NCBI GenBank assembly: GCA_002269645.1
Contig: NIVC01000553.1
Location: 1-64,000, forward strand
Reading direction: 5' to 3'
From: Macrostomum lignano
Lineage: Eukaryota
Length of the DNA: 64,000 nucleotides
How positions within the stretch are numbered: position 1 is the first letter of the stretch; every line of letters starts with the position of its first letter. This document shows positions 1 to 10,010 of the stretch, piece after piece. The position numbers and the translations under genes are program-made. The notes below the pieces were generated by a model that saw nothing but the letters and a program-made list of their open reading frames with translations, was not told where the DNA came from and searched no databases.

Positions 1-252
1 AGCCACTAAGCGAGACTGATCCAGACTTTGCAAACTGTTCAAATTAACTTTCAAGGGATAATTTTAAAGCTGTATAATAAAATACACTGAACTGTGAATT
101 CTTATTTTTGAGGAGTTAAACAAATAATTAAATACATATTTAAACGCTAATTCTTTCTCGCAATCTGGCTGAATATACAGCAAATTTTGAAATAATTCGG
201 ATCTGCTTATTCTGACAACACACCAATGGCCGTTTCTGGCCATGTGTTGTGT

Positions 253-443
253 AATGAAAAGCTGGACCGACTAGTCGATAAGACAATCCCACACAACGCT
301 AGACAGAATGCCGAGTGGATGCTGGATGTGTTCAGGAAGTGGGATAAGAATGTGTGGATCACCAGTGACGCATTAATTCGCTGATGGTGCTGAATGAACT
401 TCTGGATATGCAGACGACAGAATCAAGCTACTGGATTAATAGA
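253..443 (+). pseudogene. Crypton/DUF3504-type tyrosine-recombinase N-terminal relic, copy A
   Basis: Translates to NEKLDRLVDKTIPHNARQNAEWMLDVFRKW, then (shifted) LMVLNELLDMQTTESSYWINR; resembles the recalled pattern eLd.l....ip.NT...t.Wa..vF..W...ll.m...eL..wL of Crypton-derived proteins (ZMYM/QRICH1/KCTD1 class); disrupted frame. Confidence 0.45.
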
Positions 444-637
444 GGTACGCTGCAACTACACTGAACGACCTTGACTCCATGATTAGTGACATGTGCAGAA
501 TGTTATTACCACTCTTTCTTCTACTGCTACTAGCGTACTGTTTGTAAATCTATTAAAAAACACGAAAAATGATTTGGAGTTGAATTGAGGTCAAATAAAT
601 ATCGCCAGTCTAGTACTAGACTGGCTAATCCAATCCA

Positions 638-1065
638 CAGATAGTAGAATAACTAGATATGTCACTTGCATTTAAAGTCATGAAAAAGTAGAGTGCCTAC
701 TTTCTTTCAGTAGCTGTTCGTGAAATTTCGGTAAAATTTAATTTGGCAAGCTAAAATTCCTTTCCCTTCCTTGGTTTTGGCCCAGAGGTTTTTTATTTGA
801 ATCAACGTACATGCTATTGAACGCAAGACAGACGAAACTCAGTCTGGGTAATCTAGCTCAGCCAATGAGAGAGCAGCAAAAAAAGTGGGTTATAAAGTTA
901 GGCTGGAGTTTGTTTATCGGCGTGGGCCCAACCCTCTCTCCTTGAAATACACACACACACTAGATAGGACTAAAAGTAAAGGCAAAAAACGCTAATTTTG
1001 CTACTGAAAGAAAAGTAGATGAGCGCATTTTTTGCGAGTGACATATTTAGTTATTCTACTATCTG
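638..1065. mobile_element. Non-autonomous MITE, probably MULE/Mutator-like (428 bp)
   Basis: TIR cagatagtagaataacta(g/a)atatgtcact(t/c)gca at both ends plus an inner IR ctacttttctttcagtagc; imperfect 10-bp TSD atccaatcca (628-637) / gtccaatcta (1066-1075); absent from the paralogous site in copy B (~5265-5290). Confidence 0.75.
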
Positions 1066-1437
1066 GTCCAATCTAATTGCAAAACATTTAAATGTCATTA
1101 AGTGAATTCAAAGATAAAAACATAACCAATATAAATAAACTACCAAATAGAAAATACTATCTTGACTTGACTAGATTGTACAGTCAAAAAAGAGTGAAAT
1201 TATATTTTGCAAGCCTCCATCGCCAATATGAAAATTGAGTACAACACACATTCAACGCAAAAATGCTGCTCTTAAATTTAATAGCAGTTTTCATACCAAA
1301 TTTTAATTAAGGGTATTTATAATTGGGTGATATCCATCAAACGAGACTTTCAAAGCAGAAATTTTAAACAACTGCGTCGCAACTTCATAATTGTCCAAAC
1401 ACTCTTTTGACTAGTAATTTTTGCCACGACTGACGAC

Positions 1438-2777
1438 CTAACTTGGCTCGCTACTGGTGTGCACTCGGCGATGCTTCAAAAGTCGGTTTCGGCGAGAATA
1501 ACTTTTGCCACAATCGTCACACTTAAACCGCTTGCCGCCAGTGTGCACTCGGCGATGAGCCACAAGGTTACTTGGGCAAGAAAAACAGCTGCCACAGTCA
1601 TCGCATTTAAAAGGCTTTTCACCTGTGTGGACACGACGATGACGCAAAAAGGTACTTTTGTGAGCATAACATTTGCCGCAGTCGTCGCATTTAAATGGCT
1701 TTTCACCTATGTGGACACGAAAATGAGCCTTTAATAGACTCTTTTGTGCAAAGCATTTGCCGCAGTCGTCGCATTTAAAAGGCTTTTCACCTCTGTGGAC
1801 ACGGCGATGAGTCCTTAAGGAACTCTGATGAGAAAAACATTTACCGCAATCGGCGCATTTATAAGGCTTTTCACCTGTGTGGACAGGGCGATGAGCCAAT
1901 AATACACTTTTTTCAGTAAAGCATTTTCCGCAGACGTCGCATTTATAAGGTTTTTCTCCTGTGTGGCCACGGCGATGAGCCAAAAGGACATTCAGCTGAG
2001 CGAAGCATTTGTCACATTCGTCGCATTTAAAAGGCTTTTCACCTGTGTGGACACGACGATGAGTCCTTAAGGAAATCTGCTGAGAAAAACATTTGCCGCA
2101 ATCGTCGCATTTATAAGGCTTTTCACCTGTGTGGACAGGGCGATGAGTCCATAAGCTACTCTGCCGAGCAAAGCATTTGCCGCAATCGTTGCATTTATAA
2201 GGCTTTTCACCTGTGTGCACACGGCGATGGGCCATTAAAGCACCCCGCTCAGCAAAACATTTTTCGCAATCGTCGCATTTGAAAGGTTTTTCACCTGTGT
2301 GCACTCGGTGATGATTGAGAGACTATATCGGCTACATAAGCACTTGCCGCAAGCGCAGCATTTGAACGGCTTCTTGACTTGGCGATGAATCAAAAACTCA
2401 CTTCGGCTAGAAAAACATTTGCCGCAAGTATTGCACCTCAATGATATGTCGATGACGCGATGCTGATGACGTCTGACGTGCCGTCTCAACTCCAGCCTGT
2501 TGGTAAACTCTCTTTCACAGCGCCGGCACTTCAGCGAATGCCCAACTTGCTGAGAACCCCGATCTGCTTCTGGCTCAGCGAGTTGCTCATTAACTGGCCG
2601 CTCATCTCTCTGCTCACCAGGATCCACCACCTGCTCATGCACACTTTCAGTCTCAGACTCTTGCCCGATGCTGTGACTGTTGCAGTGACGCAAATACTCA
2701 GCGAATCTGGCGGCTGAGAACAGCCGAGAGCACATCGGACAAGCAACTTCTTCAATGGGCTGAGGCTGCTGGTCCAT
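1438..2777 (-). pseudogene. C2H2 zinc-finger gene, copy A, split by a 1-bp frameshift near 2319
   Basis: ORFs 2235-2777 and 1438-2304 together match intact paralogue 5636-6808; copy A atgattgag-agacta vs copy B atgattgaggagacta; 10 canonical TGEKP-linked fingers after the shared CCAC finger. Confidence 0.88.
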
Positions 2778-3778
2778 GACTGGCAGCTGAAATGATGTTG
2801 CAGATTAACAAACGGTTTCCTTACTGCTTTTATTTTGAGCTGAGGCTTACATTCGATGGGCAAAGGCTGCTGATCGAAAGTCAATTTTTTATGTTTAAGT
2901 GGTTTGTTTAAATTAAATTTACTTTATGAAATTAAACTGCAGGAGGAAAATATCTTAGGTAGAATTGTTTACTTAAAAAAACTGGGATTATTGAAATAAC
3001 TAATAAATATATCTTATTTTCTATCATTTTACTTGTTGAAATCTAATGAAGGAAACAAAATCTTTAAGAAAATGCTGATTCCTACAGAAATAAGTGCCTC
3101 ATATTTGTACCCAACCGTAGTTACACCATGCATCCATACCTAAAGTATTTTGTAATGAAAGGCAAAGAAAAAATCAACTGTGTTTACATTGCATATATTT
3201 TATTAGGATCTTATGTATTTTTTAAAATTGTTACTGGCATTTACAAGCACGAAATTTTTTTACGTGAAAACTAGTTTATTTTATGCAGACAGTTTTTTAT
3301 CTACATTTTACAAATACCTTGAACGATGAATATTCGAAAATCAAGACCAACCGACTACACCCTTGACAAAATTTAATAACGTCATGAATTGCGTCAAGTT
3401 TGTTTAAGAATAAGTGCCTAGAGGTCTACCAAAATCTCCATCACTTTTATCTCGAGTGCCCAGAATTTATAGCCTAATACACACAAACAACGCGTCAGTT
3501 TTAGTATATTGATTTGAAGTTTAAAATGATTATTTTTGTGGCTGTATATTAAAATACACTACGCTACACTTAACTTTCTCTTTCTTTTTGGACATATCCC
3601 AATTACTAAAAATAAAATCTATTATCTATAATCTATAATCTAAAAATCTATTACTAATTTTCCCGAGGGTCTGGCTGCTGATTATACTGCAGATTTTGAA
3701 GTCCATTTGGATCTGCTTACGCTGATAACATCAATGGTCCATTCTGGCGATGGGGTACTACAGCGCCATGTGTGTATT

Positions 3779-3988
3779 AAGGAGGAGCTGGACCGACTAG
3801 TAGAAAAGACAATCCCACACAACACTAAGAAGAGGGCCGAGTCATTGCTAGATTTGTTCAGGAAGTGCCATGGACAAATTGGCTGATGGTGCTGAATGAA
3901 CTTCTGAATATGCAGACGACAGAATCAAACTATTGAAATTTTTTACCGTGCAACTTAGACTAAAGGAATTTGACTCCATGATTCAGTA
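3779..3988 (+). pseudogene. Crypton/DUF3504-type relic, copy B
   Basis: KEELDRLVEKTIPHNTKKRAESLLDLFRKC ... LMVLNELLNMQTTESNY, then shifted KFFTVQLRLKEFDS; contains stops and frameshifts. Confidence 0.45.
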
Positions 3989-4001
3989 GCATGTGCAAGG
4001 C

Positions 4002-5137
4002 CGCGCTTGTCGAGCTATCATGAGCGCGGCTCCCTCTACGCACTTGGCTGGCATGAACTCCTCGGACATTCCTCCTTGACCTCTGTCAGAGGGGAGGCAA
4101 TGAAGACCACCCGGCGTCTGCTTGACGCGGGTGTCCCCATCCCAGAAGCAGTTCGCCATCAGAAAGCGGAACCTCCGGTCGCACGGCGACCTCAGCCTGA
4201 GAGACCCGGAAGCAGCGGGAGGCCTGTTGATCCTCGGACAGGATCCCGTCCATGCCCTGTCCTTTGCTCAAATTCAAAACTAGCATTCCACCACGCCATG
4301 AAGCAAGGGACAACTGGCAACCCCGTAAAACCCACTGCTTTTCTGACGGGTCCTAAATCAACTCCGCCTCAGGCTACGGCTACTGCATCGTGTTTGGAGG
4401 AAGAACCGTGTGCAGGGACCGGTGAAATGCTCCACCGTTTTCCAGAACGAATTTCTCGCCATCAGCCCCTGCGCCATGGAGCTGTACAGTCAGCGCAACT
4501 GATGGAAGGAGATTACCCTCCACGATCCACTCCCTTGAGCGCACCAACACCTGCTTGCGTACACGTACAATTCTCGACTGCATCGGGCAACTCAACCGCT
4601 CAGGCGCCTCCAATAAGGTGTCCCTAAGGTGGATCTCAGGGCACTCGGGTCATCCCGGCAACGAGCTGGCCGATTGCCTGGTCAAGGCTGGCTGGACCGG
4701 TTCTTTTACTGGTCCTCTGCCCGTGGCCCTCACTCAAATCAACCAGTGGGTGGCTTCAAGCACAGGGAGAGGTAGGCTAACGCTCCCGACTGCCAGCAAT
4801 CCCACGCGGATGTGTCCTGCCTTCCTCAGCCCTGCGCAGGGCCCTGCTTGGACTCAACCGCAGAGACAGGCTCACTTATCTCGGCCCAAACGCGGACTTC
4901 CCCAAAGTTTTTAGGCCCCAGAACCTCTGTCAACTTGTCCGATACCTAAAAGCTACCGGGCGAGCGACCATCAACCTCATGGACTCTCCGGAGGGGGATT
5001 GCGCTACGAGCACCGGCACCACCGGAGCTCCCTGCACGACACTGCACCACTAGCTGCCCGTGGTCGCAAGGGGTTAGCAAAATGGGCGGTGACGCCTCGT
5101 CGCTGTTTCCAGACGCACAGAGCCCCTGAAGCTAAGT
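4002..5137 (+). mobile_element. 5'-truncated, degraded non-LTR retrotransposon with RNase H domain (I-group type)
   Basis: RNase HI motifs across broken frames: HCFSDGS*INSASGYGY (~4333), STVFQNEFLAI (~4430), VSLRWISGHSGHPGNELADCLVKAG (~4618); post-RT CRAIMSAAPST at the 5' end; C-terminal LVRYLKATGR; candidate TSD caaggc (3996-4001 / 5138-5143); absent from copy A. Confidence 0.8.
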
Positions 5138-5635
5138 CAAGGCAGAAAGTTATTGCCCCTCTCTTCTGCTTATGTATTTAAACGTATTGTATTAAAAAAC
5201 ACAAAAAATGATTTGGAGCGGAGTTAAGGTAAAATTATTATGGCCACTCGAGTTTTATATATGTGGCCAGTCCAGTGTCATTGCAAAACGTTTAAAAGCC
5301 GTTAATTAATTTATAAAGTTAAACAAACTAACAATATCCATTAACTACCAAATAGAAAATACGTAACATGACTTGACTGGATTCTATAGTCAACAAAGGG
5401 AAAAACGGATATTCAACAAGCCTCCATCACTAACATTAAATCGAGTACAATATACATCCAACGCAAAAAACGCTTTAAATTTTAGTAGCATTTTAACCTT
5501 CAATTAGGCGTATTTACACGTCAGTAATATCCTTTAAACGAGAGACAATCAATGCGGAAATGTTAAGCCACTGCGCGTGTCTTCATGATTGTACAAACCC
5601 TTTATTATTTATTACTGTTTGCCACTACTGACGAT

Positions 5636-6808
5636 CTAACTTGGCTTGCTACTGGTGTGCACTCGGCGATGCTTCAAAAGTCGGTTTTGGCAAGGAAAAC
5701 TTTTGCCACAATCGTCACACTTGAACTGCTTGCCACCAGTGTGCACTCGGCGATGAGCCACAAGGTTACTTCGAAAAGAAAAACACCTGCCACATTCGTC
5801 GCATTTATAAGGCTTTTCAGCTGTGTGGACACGGCGATGAGTTCGTAAGTTATTCCGCTGACCAAAGCATTTGCCGCAAACCTCGCATTTAAATGGCTTT
5901 TCGCCCGTGTGAACACGACGATGATCCAATAAGTAACTCTGATGAGCGACGCCTTTGCCGCAGACGTCGCATTTAAAAGGTTTTTCACCTGTATGGACAC
6001 GACGATGACGCAATAAGGTACTCTGGCGTGAAAAGCATTTGCCGCAGTCGTCACATTTATAAGGCTTTTCACCTGTGTGAACATGGCGATGAGTCCATAA
6101 GTTACTCTGCCGAGCAAAGCATTTGCCGCAATCGTCGCATTTATAAGGCTTTTCACCTGTGTGCACACGGCGATGGGCCAATAAAACACCCAGCCCAGAA
6201 AAGCATTTTCCACACTCGTCGCATTTATAAGGCTTTTCACCAGTGTGCACACGGCGATGAGCCACTAAAGTACCCCGCTCAGCAAAACATTTTTCGCAAT
6301 CGTCGCATTTGAAAGGTTTTTCACCTGTGTGCACTCGGTGATGATTGAGGAGACTAAATCGGCTACATAAGCACTTGTCGCAAGCGCAGCACTTGAACGG
6401 CTTCTTGACTTGGCGATGAATCAAAAACTCACTTCGGCTAAAAAAACCTTTGCCGCAAGTATCGCACCTCAACGATATGTCGATGACGCGATTCTGATGA
6501 CTTCTGACGTGCCGTCTCAACTCCAGGCTGTTGGCAAACTCTCTTTCACAGTGCCGGCACTTCAGCGAATGCCCAACTTGCTGAGAACCCCGATCTGCTT
6601 CTGGCTCAGCGACTTGCTCATTAACTGGCCGCTCATCTCTCTGCTCACCAGGATCCACCACCTGCTCATGCACACTTTCAGTCTCAGACTCTTGCCCGAT
6701 GCTGTGACTGTTGCAGTGACGCAAATACTCAGCGAATCTGACGGCTGAGAACAGCCGAGAGCACATCGGACAAGCAACTTCTTCAATGGGCTGAGGCTGC
6801 TGGTCCAT
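5636..6808 (-). CDS. C2H2 (Kruppel-type) zinc-finger protein, 390 aa, intact copy B
   Basis: 8 canonical C-x2-C-x12-H-x3-H fingers with TGEKP linkers after 4 more N-terminal or atypical fingers; a tttcag acceptor ~10 nt upstream of the ATG is conserved in both paralogues. Confidence 0.93.
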   Translation of the reverse strand: MDQQPQPIEEVACPMCSRLFSAVRFAEYLRHCNSHSIGQESETESVHEQVVDPGEQRDERPVNEQVAEPEADRGSQQVGHSLKCRHCEREFANSLELRRHVRSHQNRVIDISLRCDTCGKGFFSRSEFLIHRQVKKPFKCCACDKCLCSRFSLLNHHRVHTGEKPFKCDDCEKCFAERGTLVAHRRVHTGEKPYKCDECGKCFSGLGVLLAHRRVHTGEKPYKCDDCGKCFARQSNLWTHRHVHTGEKPYKCDDCGKCFSRQSTLLRHRRVHTGEKPFKCDVCGKGVAHQSYLLDHRRVHTGEKPFKCEVCGKCFGQRNNLRTHRRVHTAEKPYKCDECGRCFSFRSNLVAHRRVHTGGKQFKCDDCGKSFPCQNRLLKHRRVHTSSKPS

Positions 6809-8074
6809 AACTGGCAGCTGAAATTTATGTTGCAGATTAACAAATAGTTTCCTTATTGCTTTTCTTTTTAGCGATGCCTTACATTCGATAAGCCATGGCT
6901 ACGGATTGAAAGTCGTTTTATCTTAATAAAAAGACTACCAATGCTTAAACCGTAGTTGCTACAAGGTAGCATGGAAAAATAGTGATGATTCATAAAAACT
7001 AGCGCAGCATACAAGTGAAGATGACAAATACGAGCTCATAGCAATTTTAGAGTATTCCTATTCACTAAAACTGTAATGCAAAATACTGCTATGTATGTTT
7101 TTTATTGATGGTTTTGGGGTTTGAGGTTAGGAAAGGACTCGACTTAAGGTAAACAAATACCAAAAGCCCATTTGTAATCGCCAGCCTACGTACCCCCCTC
7201 ACCCTCTGTTTTCCATTCAATGCAGCTGACTGTCTTTTGGGAGGGGGTTTCACAAACTCGAAACTTCACAACGTCGAAAACCGCTGTGTGGTTCACGTTA
7301 CATTAGGTTTCGTGTGCAGATATCCTAAACTACCTAAAAAATTGCAAGATACATTGACATTAAAAACTAAATAATAAGCAAAGCAAAAAGAAAGCAGTAA
7401 CAAAAAACAGTGCTCTTAGAACTCAAAAATGACGCAAAGTGAAATTTCATCGTATATTTTCTTCAGTCTTAGTACCTCACAAGCTTCTATAGAAGCAAAA
7501 GGAAACCATGGGTGGGGTTATTTATATCACAATAAAGCAGTGCCTTGCATGAAATCTTAAACGAAAAATGTTGTTAAATTTGTTGAAGTGAAAACAAAAA
7601 ATGACAAAAATGTTTTAATTTTGTACTAACAGTAGTCTGGAACTTTTGTACGAGTAGTAGAAAACAACACATTTTCTATCCAATTTTAAATAAGTAAGAC
7701 ATGAGTTTTAAAATAACAATACTTAAAGAATATTTTTTGCAGCACATAGAAGAGAATAATGGACGGAAACGTAGGCAATGAAGTGCAATATAGAACTAAA
7801 AGAAAATTTACTCAATATAGCTGCAGCATCTAGTTGTTGTCTAGCATTAGACATTAACAATATAAATTTATCTAACAGAACACAAGACAAACTATCAAAA
7901 TTACTTTCCCTGATAGTAAATTAAATCATTTACACGAGATAAGCAAAACATTAACAAACAAGATCAATTACTCAACACAGTCGGTCCTACTTATAATAGA
8001 GACACGCTCAAGAGATTAATGATTTCATCGGTAGTACAAATCAATGTTGTTATTCTTTTTAAATATTCATTACA

Positions 8075-10010
8075 TCAAGGCTGCCTGCACAGGAATCTCT
8101 GCTGCCGATAATTGATTAGATTCTGCTGCTGCAGGTGTCGATGCGGATGAAGCGGCAGTGGCGGCGGCGGCGGAGGCTGAGACAGAGTTGGTGGGAACAC
8201 CGCCTGCGGCTGTTTAATTTTCACAACTCCCGATGCAGAAGCTCCAGTCCCGGCAATTCTGGTTGGCGATTCGAACGCGGCTCGATCAGTTCGAACTCGT
8301 TCGAGCATGCCGAGCAGCTTCTTGATGGCGCCTTGGGTGAACTGCTCCGCCTCTAGCGTGTCCCGGTCTAAGTTGAGCAACTGCTCAAAGCTGTACTTTC
8401 TGAGCCGATCAAAGTACTTGTGCATACGATGAGTTTTTAGCCAAACAAGCAGCTTCCATTGATAGTCCGGCTGCCTGTAAGGTTAGTAAAGCCAGCAATG
8501 CTTGGATCACAATTCACTGGTGGTATGACATTGCTAGCAAGCCTATCTTAAGGACCCCTGAGCATGCATATGGATATGTACAGCGAGAATTAAGTTTCTA
8601 AATAGCCAATAGGTTAACCCAGGGTTACATTGTCGTGAGAGTCTTGATTCATTAACTAAAGCACCAACCCGAACGAAGTGCTTCGAGCTCGCTCAACATC
8701 GAACGGTCCAATGCTGGAGCAGCTGGCATTGCTGCTACTGCTGCTACTGCTGTTGCTGCTGCTGCTACTGCCGTTGCGAACTTGCAGAGCATTATGGTTG
8801 CCATGGTTACCACCAACGCTAAGACTTTGAAAGTGAAGTGCCAGGCCTGGAAAAAAAGCGTTTTGGCTTTGCATGAATAAATGTGGCTGGATATAATCTG
8901 CGCATAAAATTATGTTAATCAGGTATCGTTGGAAAATCAACAGCAATATAGGACAATACGCTGAGCCCATAACATTTTTATGAAGACTTATTTAGTAGGA
9001 ACTATTCATCCATCAGGCAATGCTTTATAATGCATCTATTTAGTGAGGGACTACGTCTGCGCATACATAAACAGCTAATTTTCTCTGGCTCTCTGTATCG
9101 ACTTTCAATCCGAGTTCTCGGTTTACCTACTAATGCCTCTTAAGAAACAACTGTATACGGAACCAAAAGCATGTGACTGCTGCGAAAATTAAGCCACGAG
9201 AGCGTGTGCGTGTGTGAGCTTAAATAGGAGGCGCACTGTAATTGCAGTTTGCCTGTGAATGAAAAGCAAGGAAGTTGTTAAGAGAGGGGGAGGGGGCTTT
9301 TTCTTCACAGCCTCTCAGTTCTGTTTTCTTTACTTTTTTGGCTTGATTTGCAAGCATAGGCGGGAAAGTTGTAAGCAAACACACCTCTCACTCATTCATC
9401 GACAAGCGTACGATGCGCAGTTATATATTGGAACTAAATATGGCTCAAGGCATGGCTCTATAAAACTTTTTGTCCGCCTAAGACTCTTAGGAACATATTG
9501 AAATCATCTGTATGCCTGATGCCCGCATGAAGCATATAAAAAAGTTGCAACAAAGTGGAGCAACAAAAAAGTTGAGTAGTTAAAAAAATGGTGTTTTACA
9601 AACATTTTTACGTCGATTGTCTTTTGTAAATCAAGCGACTGAATAAAATTCTAGTGCTCAAGTTCCACTCCTTATCTTTCTGTGGATTCGTCAGACACCA
9701 AGCCATGACCTACATTTAACTTGAATACTAGTGACTAGTGAACTGACTAACCAGCAAGCTGCTGTTGTTGAGCAAAGAATGCAGCTGCAGCTGCTTCGGC
9801 CGCAGGCGAAGGTACCGGTGCCTGGTGATGCTGCTGCTGCCTCTGATGATGCTGCTGCTGCTGTTGAAGCATCAACGGAAAAGCAAAATATTGTGGCGGA
9901 GGTGGCGGTGGAGGCGGATGCGGCGCTGGGGCGTTAACCGCATTAGGCGGAATCGCCGTGTAGTGATAAAGCAGGTGGGGTCCCATCGGGTGATAGTACT
10001 GGACTTGCAT
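8075..10010 (-). CDS. Smaug/Vts1/ZCCHC14-type SAM-domain protein, 278 aa; exons 10010-9752, 8846-8669, 8474-8075
   Basis: SAM signature WLKTHRMHKYFDRLRKYSFEQLLNLDRDTLEAEQFTQGAIKKLL (cf. WLKSLRLHKY...GA.KKL); GT-AG junctions phase-compatible (phase 1, then 2); total 837 nt. Confidence 0.8.

Larger units (their letters stand above)
145..2895. repeat. Tandem segmental duplication, copy A (copy B is about 3650-6925)
   Basis: Collinear similarity, e.g. gctggaccgactagt-aagacaatcccacacaac at ~261 and ~3787; attaaaaaacac-aaaaatgatttggag at ~552 and ~5190; aactaccaaatagaaaatac at ~1138 and ~5343; ZNF ORFs and their upstream flanks align to ~2895/6925. Confidence 0.9.
3650..6925. repeat. Tandem segmental duplication, copy B
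   Basis: See copy A; interrupted by a LINE fragment at 4002-5137. Confidence 0.9.

Noticed and set aside
4007-4914. ORFs 4007-4627 and 4555-4914 as genes or a bacterial rnhA transfer
   Set aside because: Alternate or broken frames of a decayed LINE; the RNase H is flanked by retrotransposon-type post-RT and C-terminal motifs
1459-6843. Small overlapping ORFs around the ZNF genes
   Set aside because: Antisense or alternate-frame shadows of the 84-bp finger periodicity
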